Positions 45,424-56,498 of a DNA stretch of 64,000 nt are shown here, piece by piece. The notes under the pieces are model-generated. The model worked only from the letters and a program-made list of their open reading frames with translations, was not told the DNA's origin and searched no databases. Origin of the DNA: a virus; IMG/VR virus record IMGVR_UViG_3300046558_000178, positions 2,552-66,551 of that record. One strand, given 5' to 3'. Position numbers and translations under genes: made by a program. Numbering within the stretch: position 1 is the first letter of the stretch; each line of letters begins with the position of its first letter.

Positions 45424-48400
45424 ATGACCGAAGAACGTCGCATCCAGCTTGTCGCCGAGGTTGACGCCACCGGCGCGCGCACTGGCCTGAATGAAATCAG
45501 CCGCGAAGCCGGAACAATGGCCGCCAGCGTTGCGCGCTCCAGTGAGCAGGCCGAAGCTGCGGTTGCCGGTGTTGGAGGGGGCGCTACGCGATCGGCGCAG
45601 CAGGTGGAAGCCAACACCCGCAACCTGATCGCCTCGATCCAGCGTCAGACGGCTGCGCTTGAAGCGGGTTCGCGTAGCGGTAGTGCATATTATGATGTAT
45701 TGGCGCGTCAGCGCGGGGTCGACCCGGCCAGGCTGGACCGATACCTCGCGCAGCTGCACGCGGTTGAGGCGGCTCAGGTGAGTGCTACGGCCGCGCAACA
45801 AGCGGCGGCCGAGGCGGCACTCAATGAAGCAGCCGCCCAGCGGGAGGTCGCCAAAGCCCAGGCTGGTCGCGACGCCTTTTTGTCAGGCCTGCGTGAGCAG
45901 ATCCAGATCTACGGACGTTCGTCGGAGGAGATCCTGCGATACCGCGCCGCTCAGGCCGGTGAGGCCGATGCGGCGGCGCCGATGATTTTGCAGTTGCAGA
46001 ACATCAGGGTGGCGCATGAGGCAGCGGCGGATGCTGCGCGCGCGGAGGCGAATGCCGAACGACAGGCCGCTCAGGCCCAGACAAGTCGGGAATCGCTGCT
46101 GACCGGCTTGCGCGAGCAAATTGCGCTGTACGGAAAATCCACCGAGGAAGTGCTCCGATACCGCGCCGCTCAGGCCGGCGCTGCCGACGCGGCTGCACCA
46201 CTGATCGCGCAACTTGAGCGCATGCGGGCCGCGCAGGCGGCTGTCGCCGAGGAGGCCCGTGCCAGCGAGCGCGCTCAACAGCAGGCTGCGCAGGCGCAGG
46301 CCGGCCGGGACACGTTTATTGCCAACCTCCAGCAGCAGTCCGCCGCAATTGGACGGACCCGCGCGGAACTCCTCGAACTTCAGGCTGCACAGTTGGGTGT
46401 GGCCGGCCAAGCCGCGCCGTTCATCGCCAGGTTGCGAGAAGCGGAGCAGGGGCTGAACAATACGGGTATGTCCGCCCGCGCCACTGCAGCTGCGCTACGG
46501 GGTGTGCCGGCGCAGTTCACGGACATCGTGGTCTCATTGCAGGGCGGACAGGCTCCACTGACGGTTTTGTTGCAACAAGGCGGACAACTCCGCGACATGT
46601 TCGGCTCGACCGGCGGCGCGGCGCGCGCGCTTGGCGGGTATGTACGGGGGCTTATCACCCCTTACACCTTGGCTGCCGCCGCGGCTGTCGGCCTGGCCTA
46701 TGCGCACCACGTGGGCGCAGAGGAAGCGCAGGCATATAGCCGGGCGCTGATCCTCTCAAACAATGCGGCAGGCGCAACCGGCGATGGTCTGGCTGAAGCC
46801 GCGCGGCGCATCGGCCAAATATCCGGGAACCAGGGCGCCGCCGCTGGCGCCCTGGTACAGCTTGCGGAAACCGGCCGTGTGCCGGCGGAGAGCATGCAGC
46901 GGTTCGCTCAAGTGGCCGTTGAGGCGCAGAAGGTAATCGGGCGCAGCGTGACCGATACCGTGGCCGACTTTGCCGCGCTCGGAAAAACGCCATTGGAAAC
47001 GCTCGACCAGATCAACCAGAAATACCGGTTCATCACGGCGTCGACTTACGCCCAGGTGAAAGCACTTCAGGATCAAGGCCGTGCGGCCGAGGCTGCCGAT
47101 GTAGCGCAGCAGGCGTATGCCGACGGCATCGACAAGCAGCGCCAAAAAGTGCTGGACAGTCTGTCCGACTGGGAACGTGGCTGGATCCGAATTAAGAAGG
47201 CAGCAGCTGGCGCACTCGACTCGGTACTCGACTTCGGACGCGGAGCTACCGACTTCGAAAAACTCAACGCCCTGCTGACTGCCCGCGAGACGATCGAGGC
47301 GAATATGGCTCGCGCCGAGCAGGAGCGCGATAAAGGTGCCGTCGCGCGATACCAGAAGCAGCTTGATCGTAATAAGAATGACATCAATGCCATTCGTGCC
47401 AAAGGAGACGCAGCGCGACAGACTGCCCAGGAGGAAAAGGAGAGCGACCGCCTCGCCGAGGCTAAAAACAAATGGCTCAAGGATGGCGATCAGTTCCTGA
47501 CTCGTGCGGCCCAACTGGAACGCGATGTGACCAGGGCGCGCAACGAGGGCGCCGCCGCTGGCGAATCGCAAGCTGAAATTGAAAAACGCGTCGGCAACAT
47601 TCGCAAGCGATACTCCGATATCTTCAATGATGGCATCGATTCCAACATTGAGGCGCTAAAGCGCCGCGCCGCCGTCGAGGACGTATTGACCCAGCGCGCC
47701 GTCGCTGCGATCACAGCGCGACGCGGCGCCGGCGACATTCGCGAAGAAGATTCGATCAATCAAACCGCTGATGCCGAAGACCAAGCGTTCCAGCGCCGGC
47801 GCGCTAACTTGGTGGCCGAGCTTGCGCTTGCAAAAGGTAAGCAGAATAGCTTGAAAGAGCAGCAGTCCCTGAGTGGGCAGATCGACGTTCTCGATGCTCA
47901 GCGCACCAGTGCGCAATTGGGCCGTGGCTATGCGCTCGCCGCTCTCACCCGGCAACGTCTGCTCGACAGTGACCGTCTCCGCAACGCGGGTGTCGCATCA
48001 GCGCAGGATGAGCGCCAGGCGTTGATTGATCAAATCAAGGCGCAACGCGAATCCAACGAAGAAATTGGCCTGGTTGGCGGCGATCTCCTGAACGTGCGCT
48101 TGCGGCGTGCTGAAGTAATCGCTGGATTGAAGGAAGAGAGCGCCGCCGCGCTGGAGGCTATTGAGCCGGGTGGCGCCCTAGCACAACAGTATCGTGACCA
48201 GGCGGCGGCAATGCGGAAGTTGTCCGACGAGAACCGAGCCGGCTTCGTCAAGGAGCGCGACCCGTACGCCAACCTGATTTCCTCGGTCCGACGCTACGGC
48301 GACGAGGCTTCAAACGTAGGCGCGCAGGTGGGTGACGCGCTGACCAATAGTTTCCGTAGTGCTGAGGACGCCTTCGTTCAATTCGCCACGACCGGCAAAC

Positions 48401-48894
48401 TTAGCTTCAAAAGCCTTGCCTCGTCCATCCTGGCGGACATCGCGCGAATTCAGGCGAAGAAGGCTATCGCCGGCCTTATCAACATGGCCATCGGCGCATT
48501 TTCCGGCGGAAGCCAGCCGACGAGTGGCCCGGGAACTTCAGGGTGGGATGGCTACGGCAATACGATCGATGTAGCTGGGGCTCGGGCGGCCGGCGGCCCG
48601 GTCACGGGCGGTTTGCCGTATCTGGTCGGCGAGAAGGGGCCGGAGGTCTTCACCCCATCAACGAGCGGCCGCATCATCGCCAATCATGCGCTGGGCGGCG
48701 GGTCTGGCGGGGACGTCAACATCACCATGGTGACTAATGTCACGTCCAGCAGCGCAAATACCGAAGTGTCGGGCGGTGACGGCACGCAGGCGCGCGCCGC
48801 GGCCGATGCTCTGAACGCCAAATTCAAGCAGGTGATCGCACAGGAAATGCGGCAGGGTGGCCTGCTGTGGAATATGAAAATGGGGCGCGGATGA
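45424..48894 (+). CDS. Tail tape measure protein
   Basis: Ala-rich helical; QFTDIVVSLQGGQ.PLTVLLQQGGQLRD lambda-type motif. Confidence 0.95.
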   Translation: MTEERRIQLVAEVDATGARTGLNEISREAGTMAASVARSSEQAEAAVAGVGGGATRSAQQVEANTRNLIASIQRQTAALEAGSRSGSAYYDVLARQRGVDPARLDRYLAQLHAVEAAQVSATAAQQAAAEAALNEAAAQREVAKAQAGRDAFLSGLREQIQIYGRSSEEILRYRAAQAGEADAAAPMILQLQNIRVAHEAAADAARAEANAERQAAQAQTSRESLLTGLREQIALYGKSTEEVLRYRAAQAGAADAAAPLIAQLERMRAAQAAVAEEARASERAQQQAAQAQAGRDTFIANLQQQSAAIGRTRAELLELQAAQLGVAGQAAPFIARLREAEQGLNNTGMSARATAAALRGVPAQFTDIVVSLQGGQAPLTVLLQQGGQLRDMFGSTGGAARALGGYVRGLITPYTLAAAAAVGLAYAHHVGAEEAQAYSRALILSNNAAGATGDGLAEAARRIGQISGNQGAAAGALVQLAETGRVPAESMQRFAQVAVEAQKVIGRSVTDTVADFAALGKTPLETLDQINQKYRFITASTYAQVKALQDQGRAAEAADVAQQAYADGIDKQRQKVLDSLSDWERGWIRIKKAAAGALDSVLDFGRGATDFEKLNALLTARETIEANMARAEQERDKGAVARYQKQLDRNKNDINAIRAKGDAARQTAQEEKESDRLAEAKNKWLKDGDQFLTRAAQLERDVTRARNEGAAAGESQAEIEKRVGNIRKRYSDIFNDGIDSNIEALKRRAAVEDVLTQRAVAAITARRGAGDIREEDSINQTADAEDQAFQRRRANLVAELALAKGKQNSLKEQQSLSGQIDVLDAQRTSAQLGRGYALAALTRQRLLDSDRLRNAGVASAQDERQALIDQIKAQRESNEEIGLVGGDLLNVRLRRAEVIAGLKEESAAALEAIEPGGALAQQYRDQAAAMRKLSDENRAGFVKERDPYANLISSVRRYGDEASNVGAQVGDALTNSFRSAEDAFVQFATTGKLSFKSLASSILADIARIQAKKAIAGLINMAIGAFSGGSQPTSGPGTSGWDGYGNTIDVAGARAAGGPVTGGLPYLVGEKGPEVFTPSTSGRIIANHALGGGSGGDVNITMVTNVTSSSANTEVSGGDGTQARAAADALNAKFKQVIAQEMRQGGLLWNMKMGRG

Positions 48895-49226
48895 CAACGA
48901 CATTCACCTGGCAGCACGATGCTAAACCCACTGGCACCACGACGCTGCGAGTACTGACGGCGCAGTTCGGCGACGGATACAAGCAGACCGCCGCCGACGG
49001 CCTGAACAACAAGGTTCAGAGTTGGCCGCTGACCTTCACGGGCACGTCGGCCAAGCTGACGCCGATCCGGGACTTCCTTGACGCGCGCGGCGGCTACCAG
49101 TCCTTCCTCTGGACGCCGCCGCTCGGTACTCAGGCGCTATTCAAGAGCGCGACCTATGCGATGCGCCACCTCGGCGGCGATGCCTACGAGATTTCGACAA
49201 CATTTGAGCAGAGCTTCCAGCCATGA
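48891..49226 (+). CDS. Minor tail protein M-like
   Basis: AQFGDGYKQ...GLN...SFLWTPP. Confidence 0.9.
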   Translation: MTTTFTWQHDAKPTGTTTLRVLTAQFGDGYKQTAADGLNNKVQSWPLTFTGTSAKLTPIRDFLDARGGYQSFLWTPPLGTQALFKSATYAMRHLGGDAYEISTTFEQSFQP

Positions 49227-49909
49227 TCACCACAGACATCCAGGCGCTTGAGCCGGGCGCCAAGGTCGAGCTATTTGAACTCGACGCCACCATGATTGCG
49301 GGTGGCAGCCTCTTGCGCTTTCACGGCTACCAGCAGGCCGGCGTGATCTGGTGGCAGGGCCACGAGTACACCGCGTGGCCGATCCAGGCCGACGGCTTCG
49401 CGAAGACCGCCGAAGGCCAGCAGCCGATGCCGAAGCTGTCGGTGGGGAACGTCGACGGCTCGATCTCGGCGCTGTGCATCGTCATGGACGACATGGTGGG
49501 CGCCAAGCTGATCCGGCACGTCACATTCGGGAAGTACCTGGACGAGCTGAATTTCCCCGGTGGGAATCCGACCGCGGATTCGTCGCAGGAATTCCCGATC
49601 GACGTCTGGTACATCGAGCAGAAGACAACGGAAACGAATGAGGTGGTCGAATTCGAGCTGATGAGCGCGCTGGACTTTCAGGGGCAGATGCTGCCGCGGC
49701 GCCAAATCATCGCCAATCTGTGCTCGTTCCCATACAAGGGCCCCTATTGTGGCTACATTCCCGGGGCGATGTTCGATGCAAATGATCAGCCGGTCACCGA
49801 TCCCGCGCTGGACGTGTGCAGCAAGCGCTTGGGCGGCTGTAAGAAGCGGTTCGGCCCCACCAACGTCCTCAACTTTGGCGGCTTCCCGGCCGCAGCACTG
49901 ACTCAATGA
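49223..49909 (+). CDS. Minor tail protein L-like
   Basis: VELFELD...LPRRQI...C...DVCSKRLGGCKKRF..FGGFP. Confidence 0.92.
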   Translation: MITTDIQALEPGAKVELFELDATMIAGGSLLRFHGYQQAGVIWWQGHEYTAWPIQADGFAKTAEGQQPMPKLSVGNVDGSISALCIVMDDMVGAKLIRHVTFGKYLDELNFPGGNPTADSSQEFPIDVWYIEQKTTETNEVVEFELMSALDFQGQMLPRRQIIANLCSFPYKGPYCGYIPGAMFDANDQPVTDPALDVCSKRLGGCKKRFGPTNVLNFGGFPAAALTQ

Positions 49910-50646
49910 ATCTCCAACCTCAAATTGAAGCGGCGATCCGCGCGCACGCGGAGCAGGTATACCCGCGCGAGTGCTGCGGCCTGGTTGTTGTCGTGAAAGG
50001 CCGGGCGCGCTACATCGCCTGCGCTAATACGGCAACCGGCACCGAGCATTTCATCCTGCCAGGCGAGGACTACGCGTCCGCTGAGGAATTAGGCGAGATC
50101 ATCGCGGTCGTCCACTCACACCCGGATGCGCCGGCGGCGCCGAGCCAGGCCGACCTGGTGTCGTGCGAGTCGTCCGGACATCAATGGCACATCGTGCGGG
50201 TCGACCTGGCGGACGACTCGCCGGCCGCAGGCGAGATCGTATCGTTCGAGCCGACCGGCTACCAGGCACCGCTGGTCGGTCGCCAGTTCGCGCACGGCGT
50301 ACTGGACTGCTACCAGCTGATCGTGGACTGGTACGCGCGGGAGCGCGGCATCACGCTCAAGCAGTTCGCGCGCGCAGACGAATGGTGGAACGACGGCAAG
50401 AGCGACCTCTACACGGAGGGATTCCCGCAAGCCGGCTTCGTCAAGATCGCGGACGGTGAGCAGCCCCAGGCGGGGGACGTGATCCTGATGCAGATCCGTG
50501 CGAAGAACGGCGTGCCGAACCACGCCGCAATCTATCTCGGTGACGGTCTGATGCTGCACCACCTATACGGCAGGCTGTCGAGCCGCGATATCTACGGCGG
50601 CTTCTACCTCGAAAACACGCGCTCGATCCTGCGCTACAAGGCATGA
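49906..50646 (+). CDS. Tail tip assembly protein K-like (JAB + NlpC/P60)
   Basis: PRECCG, HSHP...PSQAD, GVLDCY, NHAAIY. Confidence 0.92.
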   Translation: MNLQPQIEAAIRAHAEQVYPRECCGLVVVVKGRARYIACANTATGTEHFILPGEDYASAEELGEIIAVVHSHPDAPAAPSQADLVSCESSGHQWHIVRVDLADDSPAAGEIVSFEPTGYQAPLVGRQFAHGVLDCYQLIVDWYARERGITLKQFARADEWWNDGKSDLYTEGFPQAGFVKIADGEQPQAGDVILMQIRAKNGVPNHAAIYLGDGLMLHHLYGRLSSRDIYGGFYLENTRSILRYKA

Positions 50647-51299
50647 ACACGATGGATACTGTCCGTACCATACGGCTTTACGGCAAACTGGGTACCCGTT
50701 TTGGCCGCGTCCACCGCCTGGCGGTTGGCAGCACCGCAGAGGCGGTCCGCGCCTTGGGTGTGCTGCTGCCTGGCTTCACGCACGAGCTGATGACCAGCCG
50801 CGAGCGCGGCATCAGCTACGCCTGTTTTCTCGGAAAAACCAACATCGGCAAAGACCAGTTGCAGTTATCGGGCGGCGCCGAAGACATCCGGATTGCGCCG
50901 GTGATGGCTGGCGCAAAACAGGGCGTGCTGCAGACGATTCTTGGGGCGGTCCTGATTGTAGTTGGCGTTGTGGTGACTGGTCTCAGTTATGGGTGGGCCG
51001 CGCCGGTCGGCGGCGCCATCGGCAAGATGGGCGTCGCGATGATGCTTGGTGGTGTGATCCAGATGTTGTCGCCTCAACAGCAGCAGCAATCGGCGAAGGA
51101 CAGTCCAGAAAACGGAACGTCCTACAACTTCAACGGGCCGGTGAACACCACCGCTCAAGGCAATCCCGTGCCGGTCCTATACGGCCGCATGATCGTCGGT
51201 TCGGCGGTAATCTCGGCCGGCATCATGGCGCAGGACCAGGCTTACTACGGCGCTCCTACGCCGCGCGGCAGCATCCCGCACGCACTCGACCTGCTTTAA
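50643..51299 (+). CDS. Tail assembly protein I-like
   Basis: IRLYGKLG..FG, QGNPVPVLYG. Confidence 0.92.
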   Translation: MNTMDTVRTIRLYGKLGTRFGRVHRLAVGSTAEAVRALGVLLPGFTHELMTSRERGISYACFLGKTNIGKDQLQLSGGAEDIRIAPVMAGAKQGVLQTILGAVLIVVGVVVTGLSYGWAAPVGGAIGKMGVAMMLGGVIQMLSPQQQQQSAKDSPENGTSYNFNGPVNTTAQGNPVPVLYGRMIVGSAVISAGIMAQDQAYYGAPTPRGSIPHALDLL

Positions 51300-51308
51300 G
51301 GATTACGT

Positions 51309-54300
51309 ATGACCGATATTATTGGCTATGGCGGCGGCAAGGGCGGCGGCGGGCAGCATGTGCATTACGAGGCCACTGACAGCCTTCACAGCACCTCCTA
51401 CGCACGCGTGCTGGATTTGGTATCGGAAGGCGAGATCGTGGGATTGGCCAAGGGGCTGCAGTCGATCTACTTGGACGGCACGCCGATCGAGAGCGCCAAC
51501 GGAGCCAGCAACTTCAAGGACGTCGCGGTCGATTTTCGCACCGGGACGCAAGGGCAGGATTACATCCCTGGCTTCCCAGATGTGGAAAATGAAGTGGGCG
51601 TGGGCGTGGAGCTGCGCTCAGGCGCGCCATGGGTACATGCCATCAGCAATCTGGCACTTTCTGCCATCCGTATCACGCTCGCCGTGCCGGCACTGAGCCA
51701 GGCCAATACGACAAACGGCGACATCAACGGCTACAAGATCGACTACCAAATCGAGATGTCCAAGGATGGTGGCGCGTACTCGGTGGTGCTGTCGAACAGT
51801 TTCAACGGCAAGACGACGACGCAGTATGCGCGCAGCGCGCGGGTCGACCTGCCGCCGGCCACTTCCGGCTGGTCGATCCGAGTCACTCGGCTGACGGCCA
51901 ATGCGAACACCGCGGCGATTGCCGACACCACGACGGTAGTCAGCTACACCGATGTGATCGACGCCAAGCTGCGCTACCCCATGTCGGCTATTGTCGGCGT
52001 GCAGGTCGACGCAAAGCAGTTCCAGAACGTCCCAACGCGCTCCTATGATCTGCTGGGCCGCATCATTCAGGTGCCGACCAATTACGACCCGGTCGCGCGC
52101 ACCTACGGCGGCGTGTGGGACGGGACCTTCAAACCCGCATGGACCGACAACCCGGCCTGGGTGTTCCGCGATCTCGCGCTGAATGATCGCTACGGCCTGG
52201 GCCACCGTATCACTGCCACACAGCTGGATAAGTGGTCGCTATACGCGATCGCCCGCTACTGCGACGAGATGGTGCCAGACGGGAAGGGCGGCACCGAGCC
52301 GCGCCTCACCTGCAATCTTTATCTCCAGTCGCAGAAGCAAGCCTACGCAGTCCTTCAGGATATCGCCTCGGTCTTCCGGGGTATCGCGTACTGGGGCGGC
52401 GGCAGCATCATCGCCTCGGCGGACATGCCGATGGACCCTGTCTACGTCTACACGGCGGCCAATGTCATCGGCGGCAAATTCTCGCGCGTCGGCAGCGGCA
52501 AGGCGACGCGCTACACCGTCGCCCTGGTGAGCTGGAACGACCCGGCCGACTTCTACAAGGCCAAGGTCGAGTACGTCGAAGACGCGGAGGGCATCAAGCG
52601 CTACGGCATCCAGCAGGTGAGCCTGACCGCCTTCGGCTGCACGTCGCAGGGTCAGGCGCAGCGCGCCGGGCGGTGGGCGCTGGCCACTTCGCGCCTGGAG
52701 ACGGGCATGATCAGCTTCGACGTGGGTATGGACGGCGCCATCGCGTTGCCTGGCCAGATCGTCCGGATCGCGGATCCGTCGCGCATGGGGCGCCGCAATG
52801 GCGGGCGTGTCAAAGCAGCATCGGACCGCGTGGTGGTGTTGGACAAGGCGCCCACGATCAGCGCGGGCGACCGCCTCACCGTGATCCTGCCGTCAGGCGT
52901 GAGCGAGACCCGTACCGTGCAATCCATCGCCGGCGACGCCGTTACGGTGACCGCCGACTGGACGGCCCTGCCGGTGGCCGAGTCAGTCTGGTCGGTGGAC
53001 AATAGCGACCTGGTGGCGCCCACCTATAAGGTCCTGTCGGTGACCGAGAAGGACGGGCTGACCTTCAGTATCACCGCCACCCAGCACGAGCCTGGAAAAT
53101 TCGCGTTTGTGGACGCGAATACGGCGGTGGTGACGCGCCCTGAGACGGCGCTGGACGTGGCCAGCCAGGCGGCGCCCAGCTCTGTGACGGTGAGCGCCTT
53201 CACGGTGTCGCTGCAGGATGTGCAGAAGCTCGCGCTGACGGTATCTTGCGCGCCGGTGCCGGGCGCGACCGCCTACGAGGGAGCATACCGCCGCGATAAC
53301 GGCAACTGGCTCATCCTGCCTCGCCAGCCCGGGCCCAGCTTCGACGTCATCGACGTGCTGCCGGGCACGTACACCGCAAAGCTCAGCGCCGTGAACTCCA
53401 TCGGCATCACGTCGGTCGAGATGCTGTCCGCGCCAACCGTGGTGGGAAAGGATGCAAATCCGAAAAACGCCGGAGTGATCCTGACCGCGAGCGCGGCCAC
53501 GTTCCACGTCAGCGATACCGGAACAAATCCGGCCGTCATCAGCTTCACGGCCAACCTGATTGACCTAGTGGGGACGGTGACGTTTTCCGCCGTGGGCGCC
53601 ACGCTCTCGGTCAGCGGCAACACCGCGACGCTTTCGTACGCCGATATGCCCGGCACGCTTGCCTCGATCACCGCGACCATTACTTCGCTTGGCCAGCCCT
53701 TCAGCGACACGTGCGACATTACCAAGGTGTCCGACGGCACGACCTCGTACACGTGGATCAAATACGGCACCTCGGCGGCCGGCGCCGGCCTGACGGACAA
53801 TCCTGCCGGGATGTCTTACATCGGCCTGGCGTTCAACAGAACCACCGCCACCGAGTCGACGAACGCGGGCGACTACACCTGGTCGCTTATCAAGGGTTCG
53901 AACGGCGCAGACGGCACGTCCGTGCACGTCGGCATGGTGTACCTGCAGTCACCCACCCAGCCGACCACGCCGACCGGCGGCAGCTTCAACTTCTCGACCG
54001 CTGTGCTCACCGCACCGGCGGGCGGCTGGGCGACGACCCAGCCCGCCGTGAGCACCACGCCGACCTGGGTGGCCCAGTACGCGTTCACGGCCGCGACGAT
54101 TGGCGCCACTGTTACCGGTGGGACCTGGTCCACGCCGGTCGCGGTGTCGCGGCAGGGTGCAGATGGGGTAACCGGCTCGCAGTCGTCCGTCGCGCGGATG
54201 TACCAGTTTGCGCCCGCCACGCCCGCAAAGCCGACTGGCACCACCTCGTTCAACTGGCCGACGTCCGTCAACAGCGGCTACTCGGCCTCCGATGGGTGGA

Positions 54301-56498
54301 GCGTCGGCGTGCCCACCAATCCCGGCACGCCCGGCTGGCGGCTGTACGTGGCCGAAATGCCGATTACGGCCGCTGGCGGCGTGTCGACGTCGAGCGTGAC
54401 GTATTCCGCGTCCACAGTGTCCGCCTGGGCCCAGAACGGTGCCAACGGCAATTCGGGCGTGCAGAATGCCATGCCGACGGTCTACCAGTGGGCGGCGACC
54501 ATCCCCAGCGCGCCCGCCGGCGCCGCAACCTACACCTGGGCCACGTCGTCGTTCGGCGCGGCGCCCGCCAGCTGGTCATTGACTCCCGGCACATCGCCGT
54601 CGCCTGGCTTTACCCTGTGGGCCGCAAGGGTCGCGCTCACCGATTCCGCCGCCAATGCTACGACAGCATTCAACTGGGCCAGCTCGGGCATCACGGCTGC
54701 GGGCTACGCTGGCACGAATGGCACTGGCACGCCGGGCGCGGAGGGCGCATCCTATGTCACAGCCTACTGTGCATCGAGCACGGCATCGACCACCACTGCG
54801 CCATCGGCCACGACTGGCCGCACAAGCCTGCCAGCCACCAACAGCGGCGGCCTCGTCGGCACCTACTCGGCGACCGTACCCGCGCTGAGCTCGGGCCAAT
54901 TCCTCTACCAGACGGACGGCATCTATAACCCGGCGACCAATCAAGTCATCTGGTCGATCCCCTATTGGTCGTCGCTTAAGGTCGCCTCGCTGTCGGCCAT
55001 CGTCGTCAATACCGGCGACCTTAATATCTCGGGCACGATCAAGAGCGCGAACGATAAGTTTCAAGTCAATGCGTCGGGCGATGTGATTATGCGCTCGGCG
55101 TCGCTGCAGGACGCGGCCGGTAATGTGATCATCGGCCTAGGCGCCCCCCTGGCTGCCGGCTATGAAGCGCCGAACACGAAGAATAGCGATATCGTGGTCG
55201 GCGGCGCGAATCTGTACCCGGACGGTGGATTTGAGCGGGGTACCCATCCCTGTACCGAGCGCAGTGCTATTGCCGCTATGGCCATTAGCAGCAATATCAG
55301 TGGGCTAGTACCTTATGAAGGCAGTAAATTTCTGTTCTTCGATACTGTTGCTGGCAGCAACCTGGACATGTATCTCTATCTGGGCGGACCATTGTGTCCG
55401 GTTAAGCCGGGGCATCAGTACGTATTTAGCTTCATGTATGCCACAGCGACGAATTCGAGCATTGCTGGTAGTAGCTCGTATCTGCGATTGTCTAATGGTT
55501 CGCATGTTTTCATTCCTTTACCTGTGGCAAATACCAGCGCCGTATGGACCCGTTGTGAAATGCTTTGGACATGTCCCGCAGGCATAACCACGATCGAGGC
55601 GCGATTCGGCATTCACTGTGATTACTACTGTTGGATGTCAGTTGACTGTATCAAACTGGAAGAAGGGAATAAGCGTACGCAGTGGGGGCCCGCGCAGGTT
55701 GATATTGATGCAGATATCGCGCTGGCGCAATCCGCCGCCGACGCCGCCAATAATGCCATCAACGACGCCACCACCGGGCTTGCTCAACGCCTGCGCTCCA
55801 ATGCCGCCAACGTCCTCTCCGGCGGCGCTGGCATTGCAGTCGGCTCGCTGACTTGGAACGCCAGCGGCGCGCGCACTGGTGGGTATGGCGTTGGGCTCAC
55901 GTCGTCGGGCCTTGTTGGCTATCTAAGCGACGGCACGCTGTTTTTCTCACTTAGCCCAGGCGGCTTGGCAATCAAGGGCGACATCAGCGGATCGACCGGC
56001 ACGTTCGGCGATGTCTCTATTGGCACCAAAATGTATTCGGGCCAGACCGCGTATGACGTGGGGGCCGGCTTCTGGATGTCCGGCGGTGGCACGCCGCAGA
56101 TGTCGATCGGGGTTGCCGGTGGCCCAGCGCTACTCTGGAACGGGTCGAACTTGATTATCCGGAAGGCGACGTTCGACGCGTTTTCGGCAAGTGTAAGCGG
56201 CGGCCTGCTCACCGCCGTGGCCAACGGCTTCCAGGGCTACGGAAACCTGACAGCAACTGCGTCAGGTGGCTCGGCCCCATATCAATACACCTGGAGCGTC
56301 ACCTACAGCAGCGCCAGCGGTATCGCAGTCAGTTATACCGTATCGGCCGGGGCCGGCACTTCCGTGACCTCATTCGGGGGATCGGCGTCGAACATGCAGA
56401 TCCAGGCGACGATTACCTTAACCGTCACGGACAGTAATGGCCGCACCGCGACGGTTCTTCGGCAGCATAACGTCACTCATGGGACCTACGGCGGATGA
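51309..56498 (+). CDS. Central tail fibre / host specificity protein J-like
   Basis: LDLVSEGEI, WTDNPAW, GCTSQGQAQRAG; long repetitive C-terminal half. Confidence 0.93.
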   Translation: MTDIIGYGGGKGGGGQHVHYEATDSLHSTSYARVLDLVSEGEIVGLAKGLQSIYLDGTPIESANGASNFKDVAVDFRTGTQGQDYIPGFPDVENEVGVGVELRSGAPWVHAISNLALSAIRITLAVPALSQANTTNGDINGYKIDYQIEMSKDGGAYSVVLSNSFNGKTTTQYARSARVDLPPATSGWSIRVTRLTANANTAAIADTTTVVSYTDVIDAKLRYPMSAIVGVQVDAKQFQNVPTRSYDLLGRIIQVPTNYDPVARTYGGVWDGTFKPAWTDNPAWVFRDLALNDRYGLGHRITATQLDKWSLYAIARYCDEMVPDGKGGTEPRLTCNLYLQSQKQAYAVLQDIASVFRGIAYWGGGSIIASADMPMDPVYVYTAANVIGGKFSRVGSGKATRYTVALVSWNDPADFYKAKVEYVEDAEGIKRYGIQQVSLTAFGCTSQGQAQRAGRWALATSRLETGMISFDVGMDGAIALPGQIVRIADPSRMGRRNGGRVKAASDRVVVLDKAPTISAGDRLTVILPSGVSETRTVQSIAGDAVTVTADWTALPVAESVWSVDNSDLVAPTYKVLSVTEKDGLTFSITATQHEPGKFAFVDANTAVVTRPETALDVASQAAPSSVTVSAFTVSLQDVQKLALTVSCAPVPGATAYEGAYRRDNGNWLILPRQPGPSFDVIDVLPGTYTAKLSAVNSIGITSVEMLSAPTVVGKDANPKNAGVILTASAATFHVSDTGTNPAVISFTANLIDLVGTVTFSAVGATLSVSGNTATLSYADMPGTLASITATITSLGQPFSDTCDITKVSDGTTSYTWIKYGTSAAGAGLTDNPAGMSYIGLAFNRTTATESTNAGDYTWSLIKGSNGADGTSVHVGMVYLQSPTQPTTPTGGSFNFSTAVLTAPAGGWATTQPAVSTTPTWVAQYAFTAATIGATVTGGTWSTPVAVSRQGADGVTGSQSSVARMYQFAPATPAKPTGTTSFNWPTSVNSGYSASDGWSVGVPTNPGTPGWRLYVAEMPITAAGGVSTSSVTYSASTVSAWAQNGANGNSGVQNAMPTVYQWAATIPSAPAGAATYTWATSSFGAAPASWSLTPGTSPSPGFTLWAARVALTDSAANATTAFNWASSGITAAGYAGTNGTGTPGAEGASYVTAYCASSTASTTTAPSATTGRTSLPATNSGGLVGTYSATVPALSSGQFLYQTDGIYNPATNQVIWSIPYWSSLKVASLSAIVVNTGDLNISGTIKSANDKFQVNASGDVIMRSASLQDAAGNVIIGLGAPLAAGYEAPNTKNSDIVVGGANLYPDGGFERGTHPCTERSAIAAMAISSNISGLVPYEGSKFLFFDTVAGSNLDMYLYLGGPLCPVKPGHQYVFSFMYATATNSSIAGSSSYLRLSNGSHVFIPLPVANTSAVWTRCEMLWTCPAGITTIEARFGIHCDYYCWMSVDCIKLEEGNKRTQWGPAQVDIDADIALAQSAADAANNAINDATTGLAQRLRSNAANVLSGGAGIAVGSLTWNASGARTGGYGVGLTSSGLVGYLSDGTLFFSLSPGGLAIKGDISGSTGTFGDVSIGTKMYSGQTAYDVGAGFWMSGGGTPQMSIGVAGGPALLWNGSNLIIRKATFDAFSASVSGGLLTAVANGFQGYGNLTATASGGSAPYQYTWSVTYSSASGIAVSYTVSAGAGTSVTSFGGSASNMQIQATITLTVTDSNGRTATVLRQHNVTHGTYGG

